DNA from: Eutreptiella sp. 'Long Island Sound 2002' | Taxonomy: Eukaryota; Protista; Euglenida | Direction: 5' to 3' | Assembly: GCA_964036045.1 (NCBI GenBank) | Contig: OZ038378.1 | Location: forward strand, 168,268,001-168,332,000 | Length of the DNA: 64,000 nt | Shown here: positions 37,211 through 50,359 of the stretch, one piece after another | How positions within the stretch are numbered: position 1 is the stretch's first letter | How the letters are laid out: every line of letters begins with the position of its first letter | Position numbers and translations under genes: made by a program | The notes under the pieces: model-generated | Seen by the model: only the letters and a program-made list of their open reading frames with translations | What the model was told of the DNA's origin: nothing | Databases searched by the model: none

Positions 37211-38069
37211 ACTGGAACTCTAAAGCAATGTGGGAGACGGGAAACACAGGGTGAAACACATCTGGGCATGTGTGTCCCGTGATGGAGCAAAACTTTCAGA
37301 CTTGCTGCGTACGGTGGTAGCGGACAGGTAAATCCGGAGTTTTCAGGGAGGGGGACTGGGTCAGCAGCTTCCTTATCTGGCGCATAGCCAGCAGGGTAGC
37401 TGTGGGATTGAGGGTGTGCATGAGTCACTTTGTGCCGGTGAAGCGTGTGTCTGTTCCTGTCAGCCTTTCGCCGTCGAGTTGGAAGACTTTTTGTGGGTTT
37501 GCAGTGAACCAGACCAAGCTGAGGTGGGTTTGGAAGATACCAAAGAATCAGCATATTGGGGGGGCATGGGCAACTCGCATGAAGGACACAGACGACAACA
37601 AATAGTGGTGATGATATGCGACACGTTCACGCAATGCAAGATGCAATGGCTGAGGCACACCATCGACAAATGACCCAAGAACCCTAAAGAGGGATATGTG
37701 CGGGGGGTCATCATGTGCTGCCTGGTCACACCAGGCAGTGGCATCAGTCTGATCACCCCAATCACTGAGCCAAAATTTTCGGAAATGCGGCTGCCAGGTG
37801 TGGCATTGAATGAGGTGCAGATGGATAGTATCTCACACTGATACCACGGGTTGACTGTCTTATCCCATAGAGGTACAGTCCAGGCATTGTTTATAAAAGG
37901 GGGGGGGTTGAGGAACCCATCCATCCAAGATGAGGGCACCCACCCAGATCCCCCCCCCCCTTCTTACAACTAGGACGGGTCAAACATGGGTCAAAACATG
38001 TCTTTCCGGCTTCAGTGTGGGACCAAATGGGGTGCACACAAAGAGAAATGACCACATTTTAGGCGTTCC

Positions 38070-38375
38070 CGTTTTCTGGACGGGGGCCTTTGGCCCCATC
38101 CCAACTATTGGCACTTCGCGTCTACAACAGGCAGGCAGTGTCTACAAGGGGCAGGGAGTGTCTATTTGGGGTAGACAATGTCTACAAACTACAGGCCGCA
38201 GGGCCCCTATACACGGGTAAACGATGTTAGCAGACCATTTTTGGGGAATGGGGCCTTGAGCCCCCTTCCCAAATATTGCCTCTTCGCGTCTACAACATGC
38301 CGGCAGTGTCTACCGTGGTAGACCCCGTCGAGCAGACAGTGTCTACATGGGGTAGGTAGTGACTACAGACTACAA
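38070..38375. repeat. Two ~170-bp units dense in GTCTAC/GTAGAC motifs
   Basis: CTTCGCGTCTACAAC(A) occurs at ~38114 and ~38282. Multiple GTCTAC/GTAGAC hexamers occur in both orientations. Confidence 0.6.
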
Positions 38376-38739
38376 GCCGCAATTCCTTAGATCCACGGGT
38401 AAACGGGAGAGGTACCCGGGTAAACAGGGTGGCATACAGTGATAAGGGATGAGATTCTTGCATATTGGGGGCCTTCGGCCCCACACAAGGCGCTATGCGC
38501 CCCGCCCGGGGAGTCCTTTGGACCCCCAGAGGGGGGGGGGGGGTAGAGAGGGGGCCGGGGCAAGGATGGTATATACCATTTCTATTACTACACCCCTCTT
38601 CCCTTAAATTTAGCGAACAACAAGCAAGCAAGCAAGCAAGCAAGCACTTCACGCCATTGCTCCATCCCAACGCGTCGGATCCTTCTCTAATCTAGCCATC
38701 CTAGAGCCCAGGTGGTACCCTTGCCAAATCCAAGTTTTG

Positions 38740-39576
38740 AGCCCAAAACCGACCGGTGGCGTCCCAGGGCGGGGGCGCCAAATCGGGAGGTGCCCTCCCA
38801 AAACTGCGCCATTTTGAGCCAAAAACAGCCTTTTTTTTTGGCCCAAAGCGGCCTTCAAACACATTCAAAATGGCCCCAGAAGTCGGATATGACCCACGTA
38901 GCCCAAGATGCGGTTCATAAATGGTTTTGGGGCTTGTGGACACAAATTGCGCACATTCTCGGCCACTTTTGGCCATTTTTGGGCCGTTTCTCAGACATAT
39001 CGTGGAGTTAGAGGGCAACAAAGGGCTCTTTGTCACGGGGAGGTCACGGCGCACGTGGAGTGTAGCAACTGTTTCCCTTCATTTGGCCTGGTGGACCCAC
39101 CGCTGGCCCCAGCCATGCTGGGCCAGGGCTGCCCTCTAGCTCCACCAAGCGACCACTGGTACAGGGGTCTAGGCGTCTCGTTGGGCGATTCTAGGACATG
39201 GAAACCACAAAAAGTGGGGGGTTGTAGGTCGACTAGATTTCAGCCACATAGCCCAAGATACGGCACTTTCTTGGTTTTGGGGCTAGTGCACATGAACTGC
39301 GCACATTGTGGGCCATTTTTAGCCTTTTTTTTTGCCGTTTCTCGGACATATCATGGAGTTAGAGGGCAACAAAGGGCTCTTTGTCACGGGGAGGTCACGG
39401 CGCACATGGAGTGTAGCAACCGTTTCCCTTTGTTTGGCCATTTTGAATGGGCTCTAGGGCCGCTTTTTCACGAAGGAAAAAAAAACGGCTGTTTTTGGCT
39501 CAAAATGGCGCAAATTTGGGAGGGCACCTCCCGACTTGGCACCCGGCCCTATGCCACCACCGGTGAGTTTTGGGCT
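38740..39576. mobile_element. Foldback-like non-autonomous element: ~90-bp inverted arms enclosing two ~188-bp direct repeats
   Basis: 38740-38830 is the approximate reverse complement of 39487-39576. 38901-39088 approximately equals 39251-39439. Confidence 0.7.
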
Positions 39577-40559
39577 GCCCATATGGACAAGTAATAGCCA
39601 ATTTTTCGGAAAATTGGTTTGGGCCGCCTGTGGGTGGTACCATTTAAGGTGGTGCATATACCCCTCCCCCCATTTTGGAAGTGCCGAATCCCAAAAAAAC
39701 CACTCATGGCGCGGGCCTACGTGGCTGCCAACTTTTGACGCTTCTACTACGATCTGCTAGAATCTGTGTTTTTTGCCCTACAATGGTTATGACCTGTTCA
39801 CCTTGCGAGGCCTATATCTCCAACGTATCGTTTCAACAATCACAAATGGCACAAAGTGCTGTTGTCCCTCTTGCTGTGTACAATCCAAAATTCGGAAATG
39901 CAGCAAAACATGTGGACACCGGTCATCAAAAACAGTGCCCAATCTAGCGCGGATAAGCATTGGTGAGGCCGGGTGGTCAATGCAAATTTTCTCCGACATA
40001 TTGTGGAGTTGAGACCAGGGACGGGGGGGGGGGGGCGTGGGTCCACCCGCGAGCGGCGTGCGACTAGCGCCTGCGAGATGCTAAAAAAAACGTCTGGCAG
40101 CGAGGCCACTGCTCCGCCCTGCCCTGGTGGCGGGGCCATCGGTTGGCTGGGCGGCGGGCCCTGCGGGGGGCCGGGGGGTGCTTCCGCCACTAGAGCGGGC
40201 GAGGACGGCGGGGGGGGAGGGGGCGGCCGCCTCGGGCGCCCGTGCTGCTGGCGCCAGGGGGGGGGGGGGGCTATGGCAGGTCCTCCCCCCCCCAACCGGC
40301 TCGTTGGCGCATGTGCGCGCCCGTCGTACGGGGGGCTACGCTGAGTGCATCCAGGGGGATAGGGGGTGCTTCCCCAGCACCCTAGGCGGCGCCGGGCAGC
40401 GCCGTGTCACTGGCCACTCGGGGGGCAGCAAGGCTTCCGACGCCAGGCGCACTCGGTCTAGCCATGCCGTTAGGGCCTTGGTCCCCTCCCGCCGCATGCG
40501 ACTGCGGGTCAGGACCCGTAATCCCGGGCTGCACCTTGGTTGTGCGGGCGGGTAGGTCC

Positions 40560-42660
40560 CGGCGGCATCGCCGCGGCGCTCGTGTCCCACGTGCCCCGCT
40601 GGGCAGCACCGACTGATGCCGTAACACATGCGGCGGTAGAGGGGGCTCCGTGCTCCAAGCAGCGGGCGCCCACAATGCCCCCTCCCTGCCCCTGCCCATG
40701 GTGTGCCCGGGGCGCTGCTAGGGGGACGCCCTGCGCCAGGGCACACCGTGGTCTCGGAGTGTATGGTGTTTGGCGGCAGCGCATGCCCCCCGCCCGGGGG
40801 GGGGGGGGGGGTAGCTCATCAGGTTGCGGTCCCCGATCGCCGGTCAGGGCCGTGCTGGGGCTCGGAGCCGCTTGAGCCACGCCTCCAGTGTGCAGCCAGC
40901 TGCAAGCTGCAACGCCATCTCCTCCCGGGCCGTGAAAAATGGGCGTGCCCACAGCCCCTGGCAGAGGCGGTTGCCCAACGGGAGAAGGGAGCGGCACTGG
41001 CTTGTGGGCGCTCCCTGCAGCAGCCGTCTTGCCGCCATGTGCCACTGCACCAGCTGCGCCGCACGACGCAGCACTTGGGCCCTCTCTCCAAGGGGGAGGC
41101 GCGTCCCACGCAGCTTGTGGTGCGGGGATGCCACAAGCGTCCTGCCAACAAATGCCTCATAATCTAGGGGCAGCTCAGCCCAGGCCTAGTTGCCAGACGA
41201 GCGCCCCTACCCATTGGACGAGGTCGTGGGCGAATGCCGGCTCCCATCTTGGCCACCCAGGGGGCATTCCCGGCCGCATGCGTAGGGCCGGAGCCGGGGG
41301 CAGCCGCGGTAGCGGTCCACAGAGGTCAGAGGGGGGGAAAAATTGCGGTCTGGGGGGGTCGAATTCAATTGCGAAAAATTGCGGGAAAATTGCGGGAAAA
41401 TTGCGGAAAATTGCGGAAAATTGCGAAAAATTGCGGAAAATTGCGAAAAATTGCGAAATTGCGGAAAATTGCGAAAAATTGCGGACCTCAATTTTTCCCC
41501 CCCTCTGCAGAGGTCCACCTAGGGATAGCGGCTGCGTTCTCCTGATTGTGGTGGGTGCTGGAACAGCCCGCACCCCTGCCCGTCCTATCTGCTGCAAGTA
41601 TTCATGCGCACCGCCAACACCACCACGTACATGCCGTAGAGGGTGTAGAGGAACGTGTCAACCAGGGCCCTGTCCAAGCCCTCGGAGAGCCGGGACGGCA
41701 GGAGGCCCGCCCGTTGGAGACACGCCGGCCAATGCTTAGGCAGGCCAGGTGGGGGAGGTCCGCAACCGCGGCCAGCAGCCACGGGGACCAGTTGCAGCGT
41801 ACCCCGTGCCACCTCGGGCAATCCCAAAGGGTGTGCCCCTCGTCCTCATGGGCGGCTCCGCAAAATGGGCATACGGAGGCCGTCCGCAACCTCCGGCGAC
41901 AGACCCGCACGGAGGTCCATAGAGCCCCCGAGAGGAGCCCGCGCAGCAGGGAGGCCTCCTTTTCGATGGATGCCACTCGTAGGGCCGCGCGGCATGCTGC
42001 ACCGTCCACCTCATCGCCTAGGCCGCCGAAGGTGACTAGGCGTCGCGCCTCCAGCTACTGCCATGTGTGGCACCGGAGCGCCTCACGCACACGGTGCTGG
42101 ACCAAGCGCATGGGCTCCTGGACCAGGTGCAAGGATTCCGTCTACCCTGGCCCGGGGGTGGCAACCCAGGGTCTGCAGCATGTGGAGGGCACGGCCGACT
42201 GGGCCATCTATCGGGGGCTAGGGTCCGGCCTCCAGACCGCCTGCACCAGGACCTAGGTGACCCCAGGGCAACGTGCCACCCGCGCTAGCCAGGCGATGCG
42301 CTCGTAGCGCACGTGCATGACCGGGAAGACCCGGGGCCGCGCCGTGAAGATGGAGAAGGCGATCTCCTTGGCTAGGGAGAGCTTAGTGGTCCCCCATACG
42401 GACCGGACCACGAGGGTCTCCAGCTTGGCGAGGTAGCTGTCCGTGATGGGGGCCAGGGCCACCTCATGCAGAGCCAGGGCGGTCACCAGGGTACTGACCG
42501 CCCGGGCCCGGGCCATGGAACGCCTGTAGATGGATGGGGCAGGCGGCGGAGCACCCTGCGCCGCCTGGAGGCGCTTGCTGAGCACCGGCCCCGTGTGGAG
42601 TGCGCCGCCCACCGCCACGTCCACCCCGAGTTGGCGGAACCGGTCCGGCGGCGGCAGGGC
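40560..42660 (-). mobile_element. Degenerate non-LTR retrotransposon, paralogous to 44627-47585
   Basis: Colinear matches to the 995-aa ORF: LETLVVRSVWGTTKLSLAKEI vs FETRVSRTIWGPTRPGRAKEI; LLRGLLSGALWT...CPFCGAAHEDEGHTLWDC vs MLRGVLSGATWT...CPFCNASPEDEEHILWHC; WEPAFAHDLVQW vs WEKSFLADLLSW. Many stops. Confidence 0.85.
41327..41507. mobile_element. MITE, 181 bp, 24-bp TIRs, 7-bp TSD, internal (AATTGCGRAA)n array; inserted in the degenerate LINE
   Basis: CAGAGGGGGGGAAAAATTG(C/A)GGTC at both ends (23/24). CAGAGGT at 41320-41326 and 41508-41514. The LINE peptide DLC is duplicated across the insertion. Confidence 0.95.
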
Positions 42661-44260
42661 CCAAAATCTTGCAAATATGGAACCTGAACTCCGCAAAAAT
42701 ATGGTCTCTTGACCCCCCCCCCCAACCCATGCAGGTCCGAAAAGCCCTTTTCTTGGATATTTCCAAAAGGTATAAGATTCTCACACCTCTTGAACACCGC
42801 ATTCCCGGCAATTGGCCGAAACCGGAATTTTCCCGTTACTGCCGCCAAAAAATCGGTTTTCTGAAAGGCATTGGGTCTCTTGATAGCCTTTGAAGGGTAC
42901 AAGGTGCATGATGGGCTGACCAAGCATCATTAATGAGGAATTGATGCGTAATGAGGGGGGAGGCCATGGTGGGTGCCCCGGCCTGGGTGGGTGGGTAACA
43001 GATATGAGACACTCCCCCTCTTATAATGTATGGTTTAGGTGGGTGGGTACAGTCTATGACCACCCCTGAATGCTTATCTCTTCAGTCTGTGGCTGAGTGT
43101 CTTTCGGTGGGAGATGAATGATGAGGAGCTTCTTTGCAATGTTTTCAATGGTGTCCGTTTTCCAAACACCTTCCTTGAGTTTGTTTTGCTGTGCTAGGAA
43201 GAGGCTTTTCCTAACCTGCGGACTGACACATGAGTGACTGAATGCGTGAACAGAAAGCTTGTCCGGAAACTAACAGTATGGTGATTGAACTGGAGCTGTC
43301 TGGCATGGGGTTCAGACCAGGTTGCTAGAGAGCACCTCCTCTATCCCACCAGTGAGAGCACGGTGTGAAAAATTGCCCCACATGCATTGAAGGGCGCACA
43401 CCATAAATGGGATAAACAGAATGTGTCTGAAGGAAACGAAACAAGCCAGCCCCCATAAGTAGCATATGCCGCCTACCACACGCGCATGCATTAAGGGAAG
43501 ATTAAGTCAAACGTGTACGTGCCGCAGTTGTGCCTCTGTGTTTCTTTGTATGACCTCCTTTATTGTGCACTCCGCTCTTAACGGTTGACATTGACCTATA
43601 GGTGTACGCCCGACCGTGTTGCCTTCTAATTCACTCTATGTCTAACTTTAAGAGCATGAGTTGCAACTATGCAATTCTCTAGGGATGCCTACCCATTCTC
43701 GACCCTCACGAACAATGGCAGCCCCCAACCATTTCAAATTGACACCCGGGATATGCACACCACTGCCGGCAGAAAGCCTCCGGCATTTTGGGCTTGCGAG
43801 ATTGTCAGTCCGAACGACTTCTTTGATGATCTTGATGATGGTCAATTGGCAGACGGGGAATGTATGCTCTTTGGACTCCTTGGACTCTTTGTTGGAGTTG
43901 TAAAAGATATTTCCACAAGAAAAAAGAGCAAAGAGCCACAATGCTGTCCAAAGAGGGCAACAAAGGTGTGGCAGTACTGTTGCATGCGGTGACACAACAC
44001 CAAGCACACCACTTAAAAAAAGTGTGCCGCAAACCGCAGTAGACCTTGAAATGCCAAAAATTTCGGCCCAGGTACTCAAAAATATTGTCACCTAACCCCC
44101 CATGACCCATACCTTTCCGAAATGGTCATTTCTTGCAAATTTCAAAAAGGTATAACATCCCCCCCCTCGGGGACGATACGTTTGAGAAATTCTTGACAAA
44201 CGGAAAAAACTGTCAACAGTTCGTAATGGCATGGGGAGGAGGTTTGCACCCCCTCCCCAT

Positions 44261-44293
<33 letters not shown>

Positions 44294-44430
44294 TCTGCAC
44301 TTATGGCGTCGAGTGCCCGCTGGGCAGCCCCGCCTGCAGGCCAGAACAATCGAACTCATGGTTTGCAACAGTGATAGGACCTTAGGATTGTTGAACCTCG
44401 CAGTAGGAGCAGATTCGAATGGATTCCTGG

Positions 44431-44431
<1 letters not shown>

Positions 44432-44495
<64 letters not shown>
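44432..44495. repeat. (CA)18(TG)14 fold-back microsatellite
   Basis: Counted directly. Confidence 0.9.
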
Positions 44496-47400
44496 ATCTG
44501 TACTATTTACGAGGTAGATCCATATGCAGCCATGAGATGGTAGGTGTATTCGGCTCAGTTTGCTGTCGCCTCTTTGCGCCTGTGATCCATCCCTTCTGCG
44601 GAATCAGAACCTCTGTGTGTGTACGGTTAGGTTACCTCGGAGTTGGCCCTTCCGTGTGCCCCCAGAAAAAGCTGGCGGCAGATTGCTTCCGTATCCGGCG
44701 TCTCTGCCAGCCCCTGTGGAACAGGGGTTGGTGGGGAGGGCGGGGATGGCGTTTTGGGCCTCCGCCGCTTGGGGGCGGGAGGCGTTGGGGGTTGGTGTGG
44801 AGACCTCAAAGAGGCTTGACGTGTCTGTGAAGGCCCAACTCGTGGGCGCTTATATGGGCGCTTCGGCTGTTGAGAGGAGCAACGCTTCCTGGATGGCTGG
44901 ACTGGGGTGCATACTTTGTGGTGCCCCCTCGCACAACAGTGCCTTACCCCCCGTTGTGTGCGTGCGCAAGTGGGGCACGGCGGCAGTCTGTGGGCCTCAC
45001 AGAGCTGTAGTTGCGGGCGGCGAGGGACGTGCCCCGCTTCGTGATGCCCCAAAGAGCAGCATTCTTGGGCTGTTTTGCGCAGCCTCCTGCACGTGATGCA
45101 CGCTGGTTGAGAGTGTGTGTCACATACAGTGGCATTTGCTGGCGCCCTGGCTACGTTTGCCTGTGCTGCTGGCGGTGCGTGCCTGCGTGTTCCTGTGTAT
45201 GGGCGCTGTGGCAAACGACCGTCGCCGATGATGGGGAAAAAATCTGCTCCAAAGTTGGAGCCTGTGGCTCCACCCTTAGCTGTGAGCTGTGCACCAGATG
45301 CTGGTGCCAGGCCTGTCTGCAAGTTCCCGCACAGGGCTCTGTGCAGTCTATGCGCTTCAATCTCTGCTGCTGTCTTACGCGGGCGGTATGTGTATGGGCG
45401 CAACGCATGCGTGCGGTGTGTTCCCGCCTTGGCCACCCACTGCTCTTCGCAAAACTGAACGAGTTTGCGGATGTGTGAAATCATGGCCTCTCGGCGTGCA
45501 AAATACGGGCGTTTATTTAAACCGCAGATCGCCGGTCCCCCCAGCGGCACAAGCGAGCCACAGCGGGTCACCATGCCGGCTGGGTGCAGCTGGCCTGAGG
45601 TGACCAGTCGCTGAGCGCTGGACATTGCCAAACGCAGTACCCTGCCTCGTTCTTGGAGGGACAGGGTATGTCCTGCATACTTCGCCTGAGGCGCATGGGG
45701 GAGGGTCCTTTGCGCGAACTCTTCGAAATCAATTGCCAGTTCCAAAAAGGTGACTGTCCCCGGTTCCTTCGGCCACGTCAGGGCTCGTAGCCAACTGAGT
45801 AGGTCCGCGAGAAAGCTCTTTTCCCACTTCCATTCATGCCCCTTGGGGGTGCGGAGTGTCAAGGCACCGTGTGCCACCGTTTGGGGCAGTGACCCAACCA
45901 GTTGTTGGTAGGGGTATTGCCTTACTTGTTGAGACAGTCTGTACCCTGCAAAGATGGAAGGGCTGTGCGCATCTCGCTTTTTGCGTGCTGCTATAATGCA
46001 CACATACATGGAGTGTACCGCGCGCAGGAAGGTGAAAGCTGCACCAGATTTTATTGCCTCCGTGGAAATTTCTGGGGCTAAACCACATCGCCGTAAGCAT
46101 GCCGGCCACTGGCCGGGTGGTGGAAGCTCCGGCACCTGGGAAAGGGCCGTGTGCACAAGCGCCAACAGCGGGTCACGGACGTGGTCCCACGCGACACAAT
46201 GCCAGAGGATATGTTCCTCGTCTTCTGGGGACGCATTACAAAAAGGACATGCGGAGGAGGTGCCAAGGCCACGTTGATACGCGCGCAGCGCGGTCCAGGT
46301 CGCTCCAGAAAGAACCCCTCTCAACATGGTCCGCTCCAGTTCGGACCCAAAGCTGGCAATGCTCGGCTGTAGAAGTTGCCTGTTTGTGGCATAGTGCAGA
46401 CCCGCAAACAGGCGAGGTCGCCGTTGGACTAGCGAGTCTAACAATTGCTTCCTAAGCTGTTCGCGGACTTCGTGTTTTACAGTCTGTTTGTCCCCATTTA
46501 ACATAAGGGGTTCACGCTGCCCTGGGACTTTCCAGCCCCACCAACCCTGCATAGGCGCCCAGCCGCATTCCTGTGCTGTTTGCACTGCGCGCCCGAAGGG
46601 GCCGCTGTTTTTGGTGTATAGTCCTGTTTCCCAGATGGCCTGGGCAGTGATCTGGTTTGGGCCCCTGTTCCGGCAAAGATGCGACAGCCAAAGCAGGCGT
46701 GAGTACTTGACCACCATGGTTGGGGAAATCCGGTGGCCTTTGCATAGCAAGGAAAAGAAAATTTCTTTTGCCCTCCCTGGGCGTGTAGGGCCCCAGATAG
46801 TTCTACTTACGCGGGTTTCGAAGGTAGCGAGATCCCGCATACGGAGTGGGACGATCTCCGATGCATGTAGGCCTGTGGCTGTGATCATAGTTGATATGAT
46901 CTCGCAGCGGCGTTCATAATTGCCCTGGGCTCCATGCACACGGTCAAGGAGGCCGCAGGCACGAGATATGCGCTTCAGGATTAGCGGGCCTGAGCACGTG
47001 GCATCGGTCGTGCGAATGCCTGCACCCAGCGACCTAAACTCTGTTTCCACCGGGAAAGGCACACCCAGCAGTTCTGCCTTCACTGGTTCTGATGAGGATG
47101 AGGAGAACCCCACGGACTTTTTGGCATTGACACCCTGGCCGGTGTCTTGTAGCCATTCCTCCGTGCATTGCAAAAGGGGGGTCAGGGGTGTGCCTCCCGC
47201 TGCCAGCCCATAGGTGTCGTCAGCATAGCCCAGCGCTGTGAGTATAAAGTGCAGGACCTGAACTGGCTGATCCCCAGGGGGGGGCGCGCGCGCTGACACC
47301 GACAGGTGCTGTTTTTGGGCATCCAGCACCCGTTTCCAGATACTAGTCATCAAATTGATCAGTATGACTGAAAGTGGACATCCCTGCAATATGCCATTTG

Positions 47401-47586
47401 TAGCCGCAAAGAAACTGGCGCAGCAGCCCATGATTTTGAAACATCTTACTAAGGATGTATACATGCCCTTAAGGGCTCGGTGGGTTCCTGGATCCATGCC
47501 CTGTTCCAGGGCAATGTGCAGTACAATGGACTGCGGTATCAAGTCAAAGCACTTGACATAGTCAAGTCCGAAACCGTGCAGGACAG

Positions 47587-47587
<1 letters not shown>
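44496..47587 (-). mobile_element. 5'-truncated non-LTR retrotransposon (LINE) with an uninterrupted ORF 44627-47585
   Basis: RT motifs LDYVKCFD, GILQGCPLS, GYADD and FRSLG; zinc knuckle CPFC...EEHILWHC; two C-terminal Cys/His repeats. The first residues of the track ORF (MCVCVC) come from the microsatellite. Confidence 0.9.

Positions 47588-47651
<64 letters not shown>
47588..47651. repeat. (CA)14(TG)18 fold-back microsatellite, the exact reverse complement of 44432-44495
   Basis: Counted directly. Confidence 0.9.
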
Positions 47652-47652
<1 letters not shown>

Positions 47653-49727
47653 TTACTTGATCACCTCATGCTGCGCGCGTGTGTATGTGTGGGTGTGGGT
47701 GTGGGTGTATGAGTGTTGGACAAGGGGGGGGGTATTCGGACAAGTCATTCAATGACCTACTGTTTCGCCAGGGCAGGCACTACCCCTCGGCAGATCACGA
47801 TGCCAGATGGGTCTGTAGGTCCTGGAAAGGGATGGTAAAAAGGCAGACCGTTGCTGTTGATTCAACAACGGTCTGCGTGTTGACCAACCTTCCAGGAGAT
47901 TCTGCTGAGGGTCAAACTTGTATTCATTCGCAGAGCAAAGGGATGACGCGGGTGCAATTTGAATGCACCAGACACGATACGAAGTATAACAGGAACGCAA
48001 CGGAGTGGATTGCGTCAGCACAGCAGATTGAAAAGAGGGCAGCAAAACATAATGAATACCGTGTCGGAACCATACAGCCAGAGCAAGGACTAGATAAGAG
48101 GAATTTTGTGGTTCGGGGTTGGGGCATATCATGGCTTGGGCTAGGGGAAGGCTAGGGCATGTCATGGCTGATTCTACTGGGTCATCAGGTTCTGGCTATG
48201 CTATGGGCCAGGCAAATTTTTTGGAACATCGCCGGGAATGGCGATGTTTGGCATGAGGGCTTGGGCCACAATGACCTATGGTTGACCAGAATAGCAGGTG
48301 TATTATTCGAGGAGAGAGGGCATGGTGGCAATGCTGCACATGCCGTTGGGCGCATGAGTATGATGTAAAGAATGCGCAGACCTTTTCAGAGTCAGACATA
48401 AACACGCCTGCCTGCCTCCGGCTGGGTAACGTCTGGCCCATGCTCGCGTTCAACAAAACATCACACTGTGCTCTCAATCTGCATGGGTCGTCTAACACTG
48501 ACGAAGACTGCCACATGGGTGCACGTGGGATTTGTGGCATGCCTTACTCGTGGATCAGACGTACTAAATGCAACAACGGATTTGTTGCCACAGTACAGGC
48601 CACCGGGATAGGGCAGGGGGACAGAATGGGTAACCACATTTTGTAAAAAGGCACTTGAATCTGAAAATCTGGGCAAAGGGCGCGAGAAAGACCTGAATGG
48701 CAGCAGTCTGGTTGCGGAAGCAACGGAGGGGCACACATAGTCTTGGGGCACAGTCGAGTGCCCGCCGACGGACGCTGAATTTGAATGCCCCATGAGCAAG
48801 CTCTCGCACAATGCGATGGCATCTGCCGCTGAGGCTGTCCAGCTTCACAACCCGACACACATTCCATACTCCACCTCCACACACCAAACCCTTCTACAGT
48901 TCCTCTAACCGAAATCGATGACGGGGTGAGCCTTAAAAATGTGACAAAAGCTTTCGCCCGGGACTTGCTTTCCTTGTCACACCTAAGGGCCTCACAGGAA
49001 AGCAATAATTTATTCGCCAAACATGAATAAGCATGGGTATGAGGACAGATGTGTCCAAAATACGTGCCGCTCTTTCCTTGGCCGAAGCATCCCAAATGGC
49101 CTCTGAAGGCCACCAGTGGCTGTCACCGTTGAGTCAGGGGTGTCTTGAAAGAAAAATATAACTGCAGAACTCCAGGCAAGCGTTGGCGAACCATTAAGTG
49201 GTGATAGGGGCTAGCAGTGTCGCATTGGCCAAATCAAATCGAGTCACGGACCACGCTGTTTTCACTAAACCAAACCGAGTCATGAGTTCAAAATCGACTG
49301 ATGTGACCAATGAGCCACAGCTGTATGTTGACCAAAGTCCTCAAACGGCGACTACGACTAAAAGTCATCTGTGCGGGCGCTGTGGTGCTGAGCCTGGCAC
49401 CGAGGTGCTCGAAATATGACTGATGCGATCCCAGTTCCGCGATGGAGGCCGAGGTGCGTGCGGCATGACGTACACACGCGCGAAATGTCACGAAAAATTA
49501 GGAAACGTATCAATCGCCGCAGAGGCGGTACGTCGGTCACCGGAAATGGAGACCTAGGGTTCGATCCCGACAACAGCCGTCAAGTTTTGGGCTGTGACTT
49601 TCGTCATCTAGGCGTTAATCAGTGTCGGCCAATCGGCGGCGCCGTCGCTTGACCGCAGACCGCCGTCAGTCAACAGCCATTGTTTCCTAGGCTGCGAAAG
49701 AGGGCAAAAAGAAAACAGCATCTCATT

Positions 49728-50359
49728 TTAGAAGGACAGCACTGGACTAGACCGTCCCGTGCCTGACACCGAGTAAAGGGGTGATGGTGGCACCCTGCTT
49801 CCCTTCCGCAGGGGCCCAACATTAGTCTTCCTGCGTGCTCCCGGAACGACTGCATTCAGCAGCGCGGAGGTCAACTTCCCATCGCCAAGCAGTTCCCTTT
49901 CGGGTTGCGAACTGAGCGGCGGCGCCCACAGCCAGGCCCCGAGCTTGTCCGTGGGCTGAGCCGATTTCGAGACGGCTCCCACGTCCCCCACCTTGTCCCT
50001 GTCCTGGGGGCCATTCAACTGCTGTGCTATGGGGTCCGACCTTTTCCAGACGCCCGAATCCCTGAACTGATGGTTCGGGGAAGAGGCCAGCGGTGATGGC
50101 TCAGCGAAACTGAGGATACTCAACCTCCCGAAGCCTGCGCTGTCCAATTGCTCGGAATTGTGCCGGGAAAAAGTGCCACTGCCTGCGCCCGTGTATGGTC
50201 TCAGCAGATGGTCATCAGAGGCACCCGTAAGAGCATGGGGGTTCTGCAGCAGCGTTGTCAATGAAGGGTTGGTGACTGATGCCAAACGTTGTTTGCTCTG
50301 CAGCTCAGACACCTGAGAGAACATCGGGATGGGGTCAGCAGCAGCTGTGCTGTGATATC
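49728..50359 (-). CDS. Ser/Pro-rich terminal exon, or a small gene of unknown function
   Basis: Acceptor GTGTTGCGCAG|GATATC at 50360. Open frame (in-frame ATG at 50324) to a stop at 49728. The longer track ORF extends artificially into the microsatellite. Confidence 0.5.

Noticed and set aside
38156-38167. 12-nt match GAGTGTCTATTT to the euglenid spliced leader as I recall it
   Set aside because: It is a variant of the local GTCTAC repeat, and neither end of the leader matches.
43093-43107. Partial spliced-leader-like string CTGAGTGTCTTTCGG
   Set aside because: Too short, and no downstream ORF or SL RNA gene structure.
49536-49571. tRNA-Asp-like or 18S-like segment GTCAC...GGAGACCTAGGGTTCGATCCCGAC
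   Set aside because: It has a B-box-like motif, but no acceptor stem, D arm or proper T stem can be folded, and similarity to 18S rRNA does not extend. At most a short relic.
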